Positions 20,243 to 30,471 of a stretch of 64,000 nucleotides of DNA are shown piece by piece. This DNA comes from an uncultured delta proteobacterium (GTDB taxonomy: Bacteria > Desulfobacterota > RBG-13-43-22): positions 32,001 through 96,000 of the forward strand of contig CAWDKY010000032.1 in assembly GCA_963802945.1 (NCBI GenBank). Reading direction: 5' to 3'. How positions within the stretch are numbered: the stretch's first letter is position 1; each line of letters begins with the position of its first letter. Below the pieces are notes generated by a model. It was not told where the DNA came from. It saw only the letters and a program-made list of their open reading frames with translations, and searched no databases. The translations under genes and the position numbers were made by a program.

Positions 20243-21030
20243 GTCCTACAAAAAAACAGAAACGGTTTTATCTCGGGCTAAGCCTTTTTATTTTCTTTTC
20301 GATCTCGGCCTGTGTTCAAGCCCCTTTAAACACCGTCAACCAGGTTTCGACTATTGACGCCTTACTGGCTGGCTCCTATGAAGGACAGATGTCCTTGGAG
20401 AAACTGCTGACCTATGGGAATTTTGGCATCGGGACTTTTGAGAACCTGGATGGAGAGATGGTCCTATTGGACGGCCGTGTTTATCAAGTCAAGGCCGATG
20501 GAAAGGTCTATCGTCCACCCCTGGATTTATCGACCCCCTTTGCTTCGGTGGTCCAATTTAAAGCAGATTATAGCTTTCCGATCGACAAAGAAATGGATCT
20601 TAAAGGCCTAGAAAAAATGATCGAAGATACGATACCCAACAAGAATCTGTTTTATGCCATTAAAGTGAAAGGGATCTTCCAGACCATGAAGACCCGAAGT
20701 GTTCCGGCCCAGAAGAAACCCTATCCTCCTCTGGCCGAGGTGACTAAAAACCAACTTATTTTTTCCTTCGAAACTATTTCCGGAACGGTGGTTGGATTCA
20801 GATCGCCGGTATTTGTGAAAGGTGTTAACGTGCCGGGCAATCACCTCCATTTTATCTCCGATGATTTTAAATCAGGAGGGCATGTTCTGGATTTTCGACT
20901 GCAAAAAGGAATCATTGAGATTGACCGTTGCCATCAATTCTTCATGATCCTGCCTGAAAAGGAAGGCTCATTTAGTCAGGTTGACCTTGGCCGTGATCGG
21001 ACTGAGGAGTTGGAAAAAGTGGAGCACTAA
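20239..21030 (+). CDS. budA: Alpha-acetolactate decarboxylase with lipoprotein-like signal peptide
   Basis: QVSTIDALL, FGIGTF..LDGEM, RSVP, HLHF..GGHVLD motifs; ISAC lipobox. Confidence 0.9.
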   Translation: MSPTKKQKRFYLGLSLFIFFSISACVQAPLNTVNQVSTIDALLAGSYEGQMSLEKLLTYGNFGIGTFENLDGEMVLLDGRVYQVKADGKVYRPPLDLSTPFASVVQFKADYSFPIDKEMDLKGLEKMIEDTIPNKNLFYAIKVKGIFQTMKTRSVPAQKKPYPPLAEVTKNQLIFSFETISGTVVGFRSPVFVKGVNVPGNHLHFISDDFKSGGHVLDFRLQKGIIEIDRCHQFFMILPEKEGSFSQVDLGRDRTEELEKVEH

Positions 21031-21046
21031 TTCAAAAAGGATTCAA

Positions 21047-21190
21047 GGGATCAGTGGCGCCTTTGGGATAATACCTTTCGTCGCCGTCTATCCATATCAT
21101 TTCCTTCGATGCCTTGTCCTGCAAGACCATCATGGTTCCCCTGAGTAACACCCCTAAAGAACCTCTGATGAAGAAATAGACACAAGCCTG
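21047..21190 (-). pseudogene. Duplicated internal fragment of the gene at 23896-24354
   Basis: About 140 bp nearly identical to 24016-24163, with a few substitutions and indels. Confidence 0.85.
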
Positions 21191-21688
21191 GTAGGGTCGT
21201 GAGGGCAAATCTTCAGTTATGACATTTCCGATGGATGAATATTTTCCTTATTTTTCTCTTTATATAGAAAGATATAGTGAGGAACGTTTGTACTTGTTAA
21301 GGTAAGTCAAGGTATAGAAGGTACAAGAAAAAGGTCGATTTTCAATAACGTCCCCATTTATGCATGATTATGTGTTCTGACCAATGTTGTGGTGACGGAC
21401 AGTGTCAAGATAAATCTTCTTGCGACTTACAAATGGGTGCTATTATGAAGTGCAAAGGTCAGATTATGATTTGAACTAAACAAGCTACTTACCAGAAAAT
21501 GAGGCGGTCAGAATATTAGCCAGGAAGATAGTGATGAGGACCATCTGATAGTTGCTCTGTTTCAGCTTAATCAATAGGTTCATAGTAGACCTAAGGGGTT
21601 CCGGCATTGGTTCGATGATATCCTCCCCTCCTAACCCTCTCCACCGGGGGAAGGAAAGGGCGGGGATGCTTTATCGGACCAAAATAAA

Positions 21689-22930
21689 TTATCGCTTCTC
21701 CCAACTGGGGAAAGGATAAATAAGCTGGGAAGTTGAAAACTCAAAGGGCCAGATGACCTGTTGCTGCCCTTTCTGCCACTGGAGGATCTTCTGTTTAGTG
21801 AACCCTTGATGTTTAATTATATGGCTCGGCTCTATGGTCAGAGTTTCTCCGATAGGGGAAATATACTTCGTTTTTTCAAGCGCCTCGATTAAGGCCGCTT
21901 TATCCAGAGTTCCGGCTTTTTTAATACCCTCGGCTACGAAATAAATATTCGTGTAGGCCAAGGGAGCAAAATAAGTAGCCGGTTCCTGATTGTATTCTTT
22001 GATGTAAGCCTCCCAGAAATGTTTACTCACCGGGCTTACCTCTTTGATGGAAGGCGCCCACATACCGTATAGAACGACTCCCTCTGCCAACGGGGATTTT
22101 CCAAAAACAGCCGGCCATCCTGGAGTAGTCCCTATAAAGATTGGAGGAGCAAATTGAATCTCCTTGCTCTGCTCTATAATGGGTAGCGCATCGGCGCCAT
22201 ACCCGGTCCATAGGAAAATATCCGGTTTGGCTTCTTGAGCGTGCCGGAGGATGGCGCTATAGTCTCCGCCGCCTCGCGCCGCACTCTTGAAAGGTTCTCC
22301 CTCAAGTGTCCGTAATTTTCCTTCAATTGTCTTCCAGTCCTTAAACTGAGCTTTACCCGCGTTGAATGAAGCGCTGCCGTAGGCTTCTTCTTCATAGGCC
22401 TGAAACCATTTGTCTATTTTAATCTCAGGATGGTTTTTGTTGATCGCTGTCCAGCCTTCCAGATAACTCCCTTCCTGTTGGTAATCCCAGGGATGAAGGT
22501 GAAAGTACCAATCGGCAGCCTTACCCACAGCCTGCTCACAACGAGAGGATGCAGCGCCTATCCAAACGGTTACCTTTGCGTATTTTTTCATAATCGGGAT
22601 TTCGCCCAGATGTACACCACTGGACATGCCCCCGATGAGTACATCAACTTTGTCCACAGTGACCAGTTTCTCCACCGCGGCCGCTCCTTTTATCGGCCTC
22701 ATTTCATCATCGATCACGACCAGTTCGACCTGACGTCCCAGGAGACCGCCGGATTTGTTGATTTCTGTTACGGCCAACTTCATGGCTTTGGCCCCTTGCT
22801 CTCCGGTAATATCGGCCAAAGGGAGAATGGCTCCGAATTTGATGGGGCCTTGAGCAAATACTGCCGGGACCATTAGCAAGACTGAGATGAAAATAGCCAC
22901 ACACTGCCGTAAAATTTTTCGATATTTCAT
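21689..22930 (-). CDS. Orphan LivJ/K-type ABC substrate-binding protein
   Basis: Signal peptide; INKSGGLLGRQVELVVIDD; no cognate permease adjacent. Confidence 0.88.
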   Translation of the reverse strand: MKYRKILRQCVAIFISVLLMVPAVFAQGPIKFGAILPLADITGEQGAKAMKLAVTEINKSGGLLGRQVELVVIDDEMRPIKGAAAVEKLVTVDKVDVLIGGMSSGVHLGEIPIMKKYAKVTVWIGAASSRCEQAVGKAADWYFHLHPWDYQQEGSYLEGWTAINKNHPEIKIDKWFQAYEEEAYGSASFNAGKAQFKDWKTIEGKLRTLEGEPFKSAARGGGDYSAILRHAQEAKPDIFLWTGYGADALPIIEQSKEIQFAPPIFIGTTPGWPAVFGKSPLAEGVVLYGMWAPSIKEVSPVSKHFWEAYIKEYNQEPATYFAPLAYTNIYFVAEGIKKAGTLDKAALIEALEKTKYISPIGETLTIEPSHIIKHQGFTKQKILQWQKGQQQVIWPFEFSTSQLIYPFPSWEKR

Positions 22931-23026
22931 CTGATGAGTTCCTCTTTTGTGATTGTTGGGATTTTATATTCTTTCCATCCAAAAGTTAATTCTTTTCAAA
23001 TCATCGCCTTTATGTTGTGTTCCGAA

Positions 23027-23770
23027 TTATTTAGTGATTATTACAACCAGCCCAGTAGCGTTCCATGCAGGGCTATCAATGGTCCCTATTCCTGAAAAAA
23101 ATGAACCATTATCCAAAGATTTTCTACCAACTTGGAAATCGATAACCGCATTACCTCCCATTTTTAGCACAGCATTACGGAGTTCATACTTAAGGGTTTC
23201 GGTTCTATAATCAATGTCCTTTTGTTTTCTTGAACTGTGATCCTTTAAAAACCAACAGGGGTAATTCCAAGGCCCTAAGAAGTTGGGAATTGTAATAAGA
23301 AAAGGAAAGACTGGGGCATAGCTTTGAAAATTCATTGCCTTGCAGTATTTATTCAACCGGCTTATATCTCGATTGTTAACGTATAGGTAATTATTGATCC
23401 AGATTAACGGAGATGTTTCTTCGCCCTGTACAAGATTAATGTCAACTTTGCCTAGGGTTACGATTTTATTTTCAAATTCTTTTAATACCGAGGCGTTGGC
23501 AATTCTGAATAAATCTTTATCCTTAACAAGTCCTTCTCGATACACCCCTTCTTCTTTTAATACTTTGATTAAATCTTCATCCTTAACAATTCCTTCGGGA
23601 TAGGCCCCTTCAAATATTTCTATGTTTTCAATCTTGAAATTTGAGTCGGGTTTAATATTTTGGGATTGGCCGGCTTCAAATTTTGTGAGTTTGATGTCTG
23701 TTTTTGGGAGGTGCCCGCATCCCACCCATAAAGGCAATAAGAGTACGATAGCGATTAATTGTCTTTTCAT
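23027..23770 (-). CDS. Hypothetical lipoprotein (YbjQ-like C-terminus)
   Basis: GGAGG RBS; WVGC lipobox; GGNAVI..ATG C-terminal pattern; AT-rich. Confidence 0.65.
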   Translation of the reverse strand: MKRQLIAIVLLLPLWVGCGHLPKTDIKLTKFEAGQSQNIKPDSNFKIENIEIFEGAYPEGIVKDEDLIKVLKEEGVYREGLVKDKDLFRIANASVLKEFENKIVTLGKVDINLVQGEETSPLIWINNYLYVNNRDISRLNKYCKAMNFQSYAPVFPFLITIPNFLGPWNYPCWFLKDHSSRKQKDIDYRTETLKYELRNAVLKMGGNAVIDFQVGRKSLDNGSFFSGIGTIDSPAWNATGLVVIITK

Positions 23771-23895
23771 CCACTCCTCCTGTTTAATGGTTTGACGATC
23801 ATCTATTATGACTGGTAATATACACAATTTTAGAACTTATTGGAAATGAAGAATTCAGCAAGAAGTCAACATCAAACTTGACAAGGCCTGTAAAG

Positions 23896-24354
23896 TCAAA
23901 TCCTGACTTTCACCGATGATTTGTCAAGGTGTTTTTTCTCGACTTCAAAATTTTCAGACTTGAAGTTACTGTAATATCGGCCGTTCTGAGCAGTGAACTT
24001 AAGCACGCAGTAATCGGGATCGGTGACGCCTTTGGGATAATACCTTTCGTCGCCGTCTATCCATATCATTTCCTTCGATGCCTTGTCCTGCAAAACCTCC
24101 ATGGTTCCCCTGAGCATGACACCCCTAAAGAACCTCTGGTCGAAGAAATAGACGCAAGCCTTGGGATTGGCATTGTATTGCTTGACTCTCATCGACGAGG
24201 TGTTCGTGGTAAAGAACAAATGCTTGATACCTTCTCTCTTCCGTGGAGGAAGCATGGCCTTCGAATTGGGAAAACCCGCTTTATCGACTGAGCTGATAAT
24301 GGAAACGGTCACCTTGTCGATCAGATTTCCAATGGTCTTTTCAGAATCTCTCAT
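23896..24354 (-). CDS. Pyridoxamine 5'-phosphate oxidase-like / general stress flavoprotein
   Basis: FTTNTSS, NPKACVYF, DPDYCVLKF motifs. Confidence 0.85.
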   Translation of the reverse strand: MRDSEKTIGNLIDKVTVSIISSVDKAGFPNSKAMLPPRKREGIKHLFFTTNTSSMRVKQYNANPKACVYFFDQRFFRGVMLRGTMEVLQDKASKEMIWIDGDERYYPKGVTDPDYCVLKFTAQNGRYYSNFKSENFEVEKKHLDKSSVKVRI

Positions 24355-24392
24355 GGTCTCGCCCTTCTTTAGATTTGAATACCTGTTAAAAG

Positions 24393-24528
24393 TCGTCACA
24401 CCGGCCCCGCATCAAGTGCGGTGTAGGCTCCAGCCGGTGTCCAGGGAATCCTTAACTCTCGAAAATACTGGATGACGGCTTTGATGGCGCTGTCCGCTAT
24501 TACGACACAGTCTCTTCGCCGGAATGAC
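24393..24528. repeat. Nested REP-like palindrome
   Basis: gtcacaccgg..ccggtgtccag ... ctggat ... ttcgccggaatgac arms with an inner ccgca..tgcgg hairpin. Confidence 0.5.
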
Positions 24529-24631
24529 CCCAATAAGTGTTCGGTGACTTTCCACATTCCATCAAATATTTTCAAGGGAGAAATAACATTCGTATTTATC
24601 CGTGTGGGATCGTAGTCAAAACTAAATTTGA

Positions 24632-24988
24632 TTAAGCTCTGTATTCCACAATGACCTCGGACTCAAGATTAAATGATGGTGTATGAACCAGGATCATCTT
24701 CACCGGTTTCGGACTATTGTTGGAGTATGAGAAATGCTGCCCCCGTTTAATAACGCACAAATCCCCGGCATTGAGGATTATAGGATCACCGTCAATCTGA
24801 AACGAAATATTTCCCGATATCAGGTAATAATACTTGTCGGATCGTTTCGACCAGGCTTCCGGGTGACTCGCCCCGCCGGGGACAACGATTTCAGCCACGG
24901 ATGAACTCCCCTCAAACCTGGCCGTGTAATCGCGTATCTCCAAGCCATAAAAATCAAATGGGATAATCTCTGCTTGTCTGACAATCAC
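24632..24988 (-). CDS. Cupin domain protein
   Basis: YYLISG..LNAGDLCVI..H cupin pattern; GTG start after AGGA. Confidence 0.8.
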   Translation of the reverse strand: MIVRQAEIIPFDFYGLEIRDYTARFEGSSSVAEIVVPGGASHPEAWSKRSDKYYYLISGNISFQIDGDPIILNAGDLCVIKRGQHFSYSNNSPKPVKMILVHTPSFNLESEVIVEYRA

Positions 24989-25117
24989 AGTTGTCCTCTC
25001 TCCTGTTTCAAATATTTGTCTAACAATATAGACCTGACCCTATAACCCAAAATACTTCTCAAAAGGAGTATGTCAAGGAATTTTATCAGGGACGAGGGCA
25101 AAATCGAGATTCAAAAC

Positions 25118-25930
25118 CTATTGAATCAAGCGGCGGACCATCAGGCGTATGGCTAAGGGAAGGGTTATCAGGCAGAAGACCAGGAGATACAAAAGGCTCC
25201 AGAGTAGTTGCGGAGAAAGGACATTCAAGGCCAGGGCGCGGGTCAGTTCCACGATATGGGTCAGGGGAAAGATCCAGGCCAGGATCTTGGCCCAGAAAGG
25301 AAGCTGATCCAAAGGGAAAAAGGTGCCGGAAAAAAGAAACATGGGGGTGATGAAAAGAAAGACCGGGAAATTGAAGGCTTCGATGGTGGGCATCAAGGCC
25401 GTAAAGCACATGCCCGCAGCCGCAAAGGCCAGCCCTCCAATCAGGGAGACCAGAAGTATCCCCAGAGACCAGGGATAAGCCAGAAGTCCGAAAAATGAAA
25501 GGATGATCATCATCAAGACCGTAGCCATCAAAGAACGACTGGTGCCCCAGAAGATTTCGCCCAGGATAACCTCTTCCGCCGTCAATGGCGTGGCCATAAT
25601 GGCGTCAAAAGTTTTTTGATAGTACATCCGCACATAGGAGGCGTAGGTGGTTTCAAAAAAGGCGTTCTGCATGATATTGATGGCCAGAATCCCCGGGGCA
25701 ATAAAGGCCGCATAACTGATCAGCCGTCCGGCGAAGTTCAGTTGCCCCACCAGGTAACCTAATCCCGCCCCAAAGGCCAAAAGATAAAAAATCGGTTCTA
25801 AAATCGGAGGCAGGAAATTGATCTTCCAGGTCTTGATATAAACATCCCAATTGCGCTGCCAGACACGGATAAAACGCCAAGTGATTTTGGTCGGAATATC
25901 GAGCCCGGGGTTCGAAGCGATGAGGTTCAT
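25118..25930 (-). CDS. ABC-2 permease, NodJ-like
   Basis: EPIFYLLAFG, PMFLFSGTFFP, PLTH motifs; start overlaps ATPase stop. Confidence 0.88.
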   Translation of the reverse strand: MNLIASNPGLDIPTKITWRFIRVWQRNWDVYIKTWKINFLPPILEPIFYLLAFGAGLGYLVGQLNFAGRLISYAAFIAPGILAINIMQNAFFETTYASYVRMYYQKTFDAIMATPLTAEEVILGEIFWGTSRSLMATVLMMIILSFFGLLAYPWSLGILLVSLIGGLAFAAAGMCFTALMPTIEAFNFPVFLFITPMFLFSGTFFPLDQLPFWAKILAWIFPLTHIVELTRALALNVLSPQLLWSLLYLLVFCLITLPLAIRLMVRRLIQ

Positions 25931-26847
25931 TCGCGAAGCCCCCGGCCGGTAAATTTTAAGAACACATCTTCCAGAGTGGCCATCCGCAGAGTACAACCGC
26001 TGGTGCAATATTCATCGGAGATTTGACGGAACAATTTTTCTCCTTCCCGGGTCGGGATCAGCAAGAGGTGCGGGATTTGTTCAAAAGGGATCTGTTGAGC
26101 CTTGAGAAAATCCATCAGCGGTTGGCCTGGATTTTCCACCTCGATCACATTCCCGCCGATATGCTGCAGGATGAGGGAAAGAGGTTTCCCCTCCACCAGG
26201 ATATGCCCCTGATCCATAATCACCAGGCGGTCACAGATCTGTTCGGCCTCGTCCATATAATGGGTGGTCAGCAGGATACAAAGCCCCTTGGCCTTGAGCT
26301 GCCTCACCTGTTCCCAAACCTGGTGTCTGGACTGGGGGTCCAGTCCGGTAGTGGGTTCATCCAGGATCAACAGATCAGGATTATGGATCAAAGCCCGGGC
26401 AATGACCAGACGGCGCATGAGCCCGCCGGACAGCTCAGGAATCAGGGCCTGCTTCTTATTGGTCAAGCCCATAAAGGTCAGCCATTCTTCGGCCCGCTGG
26501 CGGGCGATATTCCTGGGCAGATTAAAATAGCGGGAATAAACCATCAGGTTTTCCCAGACAGTAAGATCCGGGTCGAGGTTGTTTTCCTGCTGGCAGACCC
26601 CGGTCCTGGCTTTGATTTCCCGGAAGTGTGTTCGAATGTCTTTTCCAAAAACCAGCAGACGCCCGTCGGTTATGGGAGAAAAGCCATAGATCATGCGGAT
26701 CGTACTGGTCTTGCCAGCGCCGTTGGGACCTAGAAACCCAAAGCACTCCCCGGCCTGGATCTCAAAGGAGATCCGATCCACGGCCACCATATCCGGGAAA
26801 CGCTTGGTCAGGTTTTCGGCTTTTATCACCGGATTCACGAAAGACAC
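25927..26847 (-). CDS. ABC exporter ATPase, NodI-like
   Basis: GPNGAGKT, LSGG, LDEPTTGLDPQSR, TTHYMDEAE motifs. Confidence 0.92.
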   Translation of the reverse strand: MSFVNPVIKAENLTKRFPDMVAVDRISFEIQAGECFGFLGPNGAGKTSTIRMIYGFSPITDGRLLVFGKDIRTHFREIKARTGVCQQENNLDPDLTVWENLMVYSRYFNLPRNIARQRAEEWLTFMGLTNKKQALIPELSGGLMRRLVIARALIHNPDLLILDEPTTGLDPQSRHQVWEQVRQLKAKGLCILLTTHYMDEAEQICDRLVIMDQGHILVEGKPLSLILQHIGGNVIEVENPGQPLMDFLKAQQIPFEQIPHLLLIPTREGEKLFRQISDEYCTSGCTLRMATLEDVFLKFTGRGLRE

Positions 26848-26848
26848 C

Positions 26849-28150
26849 TCAGCTTTCTACTTCTTCTCGTATGGGCACCCAGAACATTAGCAGCATGGCC
26901 GGGATTGAGGCGCCAAATGCAATGAGAAACATGTTCAGATACCCCATATGCTCCACAATAACCCCGCCGAATCCTCCGAAAAAGGTGGAAAAAATAGACA
27001 TGACCGCCGAGCCTACGGCATAGTGTGAGGCCTTGAATTCCGGTTTACAGGTGCGCAGAATATAGACGATCAACACGGCGTTACCCAGCCCGGCCGCCAT
27101 TTGTTCGTAACAATGCACTGCGGCAATGACGGCCAAACCGAAATGCGTGGCCGCTGAAGGAAGGGACCAGGCCAGCCAGACATAAGCCCAGATATTGAAG
27201 TTCATGAGGATGGTCAAAGGCCAGATGGCTTTTTTCAACCCTTTCTTCTTGATCCATATCCCACCAATGGACGTTCCGGCAATAGCCCCCAGCGCACCCA
27301 AAATCCCGCCAAGCCAGGAAAGCTGGGCCTTGGTCACGCCCAACTCTCGCATAAGAAACGGCGTGCCCATGGAAAATAGGATCTCATCCCCGATTTTATA
27401 GGTAATGATGAAGATAATAACCAGGGCCACTTTCTCCTGTTCAAAGTAGGTGCTGAAGGCGCGGCCGAAATCTCGTGTAATCCCGGAAAACGATCGCACC
27501 GCCTGAGGACGATCTTTCTCGAATCGGGGAAGCTGCCAGGTATGAAAAAGCGTGACCAGGAGCATAGTAACGGCAGCCGCCCCGAAGGCATAACCCCAGG
27601 GCCGGTATTTATCAGCCCCGCCGAGTCTGGCAGCAGCAAAGGCCGCCAAAGCCACAAATCCACTGCGGACCAGGATAACCGCCAATCTGTAAGCAAAAAC
27701 GCGGTATCCGGTATAGGCGGCCTGTTCCTTGGGGTCGGTCAGGCCTTCCATATAGTATCCGTCAATGGCGATGTCGTTGGTCGCCGAGAGGAAGGCCAGA
27801 ACAATAAAGGTCCCCGCAATGATGGCCAGGATCAAGCCGGCATCGGTTTGATGCGTGGCGATAAAACAGCAGTATGAAACCCCGATGATCAGCAGACTGA
27901 TGCCGGCCTGCACCGCGATCATCCAGGTCCGTTTCTTTCCAATGATGTCCAAAAAGGGGGCCCAGAGGAATTTCAGATTCCAGGGTATGCCGAGAAAATT
28001 CAAATAACCGATGTAACGTTCCTTCAATCCGATATCGGTAAAGAAGACCGACGAAAGTATCCGAATGATCGCATAGGGCAGGCCTTCGGCCAGGTAGGTG
28101 CTGAAAACCCAGACACCGGGTTTATTTACAGGTTGTTGAAAACGGCCCAT
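26849..28150 (-). CDS. ampG: AmpG-family MFS transporter
   Basis: EGLP, PWNLKFLWAP, SATNDIAIDG motifs; 5' end overlaps a miniature element. Confidence 0.82.
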   Translation of the reverse strand: MGRFQQPVNKPGVWVFSTYLAEGLPYAIIRILSSVFFTDIGLKERYIGYLNFLGIPWNLKFLWAPFLDIIGKKRTWMIAVQAGISLLIIGVSYCCFIATHQTDAGLILAIIAGTFIVLAFLSATNDIAIDGYYMEGLTDPKEQAAYTGYRVFAYRLAVILVRSGFVALAAFAAARLGGADKYRPWGYAFGAAAVTMLLVTLFHTWQLPRFEKDRPQAVRSFSGITRDFGRAFSTYFEQEKVALVIIFIITYKIGDEILFSMGTPFLMRELGVTKAQLSWLGGILGALGAIAGTSIGGIWIKKKGLKKAIWPLTILMNFNIWAYVWLAWSLPSAATHFGLAVIAAVHCYEQMAAGLGNAVLIVYILRTCKPEFKASHYAVGSAVMSIFSTFFGGFGGVIVEHMGYLNMFLIAFGASIPAMLLMFWVPIREEVES

Positions 28151-28335
28151 CTACTTTGTTGCCCTCATCCCTCGTTATTGCGGCGTACTATTATGTACGC
28201 CTCATTCCTCTGGATTTCTTCGCGTAAAAGACAACGCTCAGTCCCACCCCTTCGAGACGGGTTCCGGGTTTCGGGTGCCTCGTATCTGGACCTTTTTGAG
28301 CAACCCGTGAAAAACGAGATTTTCCGAAATCTGTT
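28128..28335. mobile_element. Palindromic miniature element, family A, copy 2, with nested 54-bp insert
   Basis: Ends acaggttgttgaaaa / ttttccgaaatctgtt; aligns with the 54611 copy except 28219-28272, which is flanked by TTTC direct repeats. Confidence 0.75.
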
Positions 28336-28340
28336 AAGAT

Positions 28341-28964
28341 TCATAAAGAGGGTTGGATCGCCACAATGGCCGCCGCCAATTCTTCCAAGCCGAAAGAAAA
28401 GAAATGATCCGCTCCTTCAATAATTTTTAAGGGTGGGGAGGATGGCATCAATCGAATTACATTCTGGATATTAAGAATAGGGGCATAAGGGTCCTGATCG
28501 CCGACAACGATCAGACGGGTTTTAGTATCCTGAGCCAAAAAAGAAAAATCCATCATACCGGCCGGAGGCGAAACCAGGATCGATCCCTGAACATCCGGAT
28601 GGGTCAAGCCCGCCCGGACACTGACCCAGGCCCCGAAAGAATAACCGGCCAGGACAATGTGTTGTAGGCCCAAGCCTTTCAGATAGGCCATGGCCGCCGA
28701 AACATCGTCTGCCTCCCCTGCCCCTTGATCAAAATCCCCTTGGCTTCGGCCTACCCCGCGGAAGTTAAAACGTAAGCTCGTCCAACCCGACTCTTCAAAC
28801 GTCCGGGCGATGAGGCCAACAACATGGTTGTACATGTCACCACCATACAGAGGATGGGGATGAGAGACGACAACGGCTTTGGACAATTCACCTTGGGTCA
28901 GGAGCCCTTCCAGATAAAGGGACCCCGAAGGAAACAGAATCTTTTTTGCTGATCCGGCTTCCAT
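28341..28964 (-). CDS. Alpha/beta hydrolase
   Basis: HPHPLYGG, RFNFRGVG, GYSFG nucleophile elbow, D and GADHFF. Confidence 0.92.
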   Translation of the reverse strand: MEAGSAKKILFPSGSLYLEGLLTQGELSKAVVVSHPHPLYGGDMYNHVVGLIARTFEESGWTSLRFNFRGVGRSQGDFDQGAGEADDVSAAMAYLKGLGLQHIVLAGYSFGAWVSVRAGLTHPDVQGSILVSPPAGMMDFSFLAQDTKTRLIVVGDQDPYAPILNIQNVIRLMPSSPPLKIIEGADHFFSFGLEELAAAIVAIQPSL

Positions 28965-29013
28965 AAAATTCCTTCCATTTGCGGATTACACGTCGGCAAT
29001 TTGCCTGTTTTTC

Positions 29014-30409
29014 TTATAGCCGGTCCTCGTATACCTCAATAACATCCCCGGGCACGTCTTTGACGGTGACGCGCGCTCCCTGCTTGCGGAGGGTGTCTTG
29101 CAGCAGCTTTCACATCCAGTTTCCTCGGGGTCACATTATGACGGGCGGCCAGGGCGGCGGCGGTGCCGGCTGCCTGGCCAGTGCACATGCTGGGGGCGCA
29201 ATACCGGTCTGCGGCAAAGGCGTAGAAATCGGCCGAGATGGTGGCGCCGGCGGCCAAAAGGTTGTCCGTTTCGTTGGAGACCAGACAGCGATAAGGAATA
29301 TCGTGGGGCCGCACTACTTCATAGACGTGTTCACCATCAGGACCATAGATGTCCGGGCCCATATTGCTGACGGCAATGGAGTCGTCGAAAGCCCTGCCTT
29401 CATAAATGTCTTGCTCCGACAGGACATATTCCCCCAATATCCGGTGGGTATCCCTGAAGATGGGGATGGTGGCCGTCTTTTCCACCGAAGAATGTTCGAA
29501 CCCAGGGATATTGTCCTTGAGCAGATGAAAGGCGGACCAGACCTGTTTTCTGAGATCCATTTCCCCGGCCGTTACATCCTCGATCATCCAACCATGATGC
29601 CCCACCGCCAGGGGATAGTTGAAGCCTTCAATCATGGCGATTCCGGGTTTAGGGGTATGGACGATCAAAGTTTCGCGGTAGCCGTGGTATCGTCCGTCAG
29701 CCTTGGCCTTTTGAACCATGCTCTTACCACCATACAAGCCGCCCCATTCTTCCGGGTTTTCTTTTTTAAATCTGTTAAATCTTTCGGCATCCACACCGCT
29801 GATATAAAAACGGCAGCCGAAACCCATATGCCGGCCTTTCTTTGGTCCCCGGCCGTGTCCCTCATCCAGGCAGGGCGTGCCGGATTTCCAGGCGATGTCG
29901 GCGTTTCCTGTGGAATCGACGATGACTTTGCCCAGGATAGCGAATCTGCCCTGGATGCACTCGATAAAGATGCCTTTGAGGGCATTGTTTTCCTTGATCG
30001 CCCCGACGCCGGAGGTATGATACAGCAGCTTCACCTTCGCCTCGGACATCATATCGTCCAGAACCACTTTGTAGCATTCGCAATCGAAAGTGGTGGAAGT
30101 AAAGGCCCGATCCCGGGTTCGTGCAGCGGCATCTCTTAAAATGCCCCCGTCGGCCCTGAGCCGATTAACCACATCGGTAATAATGCCGCCCTGTATGGCC
30201 GGGTCAAGAAGTGAGAAGGTACTGCTCATACTGTGCGTCTGCATGCCTCCCAAGGCACCGAACTTTTCAATGAGTATGGTCTGCGCGCCGTTCCGGGCAG
30301 AGGCTAGGGCTGCGCCGATCCCGGCCGGTCCGCCGCCGACGACAATAACATCCGCTTCAACAAAAACGGGAATATTTTTTTGCGGCTCCATGATGGTCTT
30401 CATAGGCAT
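29014..30409 (-). CDS. FAD-dependent oxidoreductase; frameshift near 29110
   Basis: DVIVVGGGPAG, DSTGNAD, IPYRCLV, GQAAG; C-terminus resumes as LLQDTLRKQG in another frame, matching the paralog. Confidence 0.85.
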
Positions 30410-30471
30410 TCTCCTTGGCTGAGGTAATAGGTATAATTGGGTATACGATTACACATCTAAGATTGAAACTC

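Noticed and set aside
21047-24163. Diversity-generating retroelement template/variable repeat pair
   Set aside because: Mismatches are not adenine-specific and include indels; no reverse transcriptase in the window
24632-25024. Integron gene cassette (GTTAGAC just upstream of the cupin RBS on the minus strand)
   Set aside because: No inverse core site or attC hairpin after the gene, no cassette array and no integrase; at most a remnant
28979-30139. 386-aa plus-strand ORF and other long antisense ORFs (e.g. 26023-26733, 43127-44038, 48553-49215, 55658-56368)
   Set aside because: Shadows of well-supported genes on the opposite strand, with no recognisable motifs
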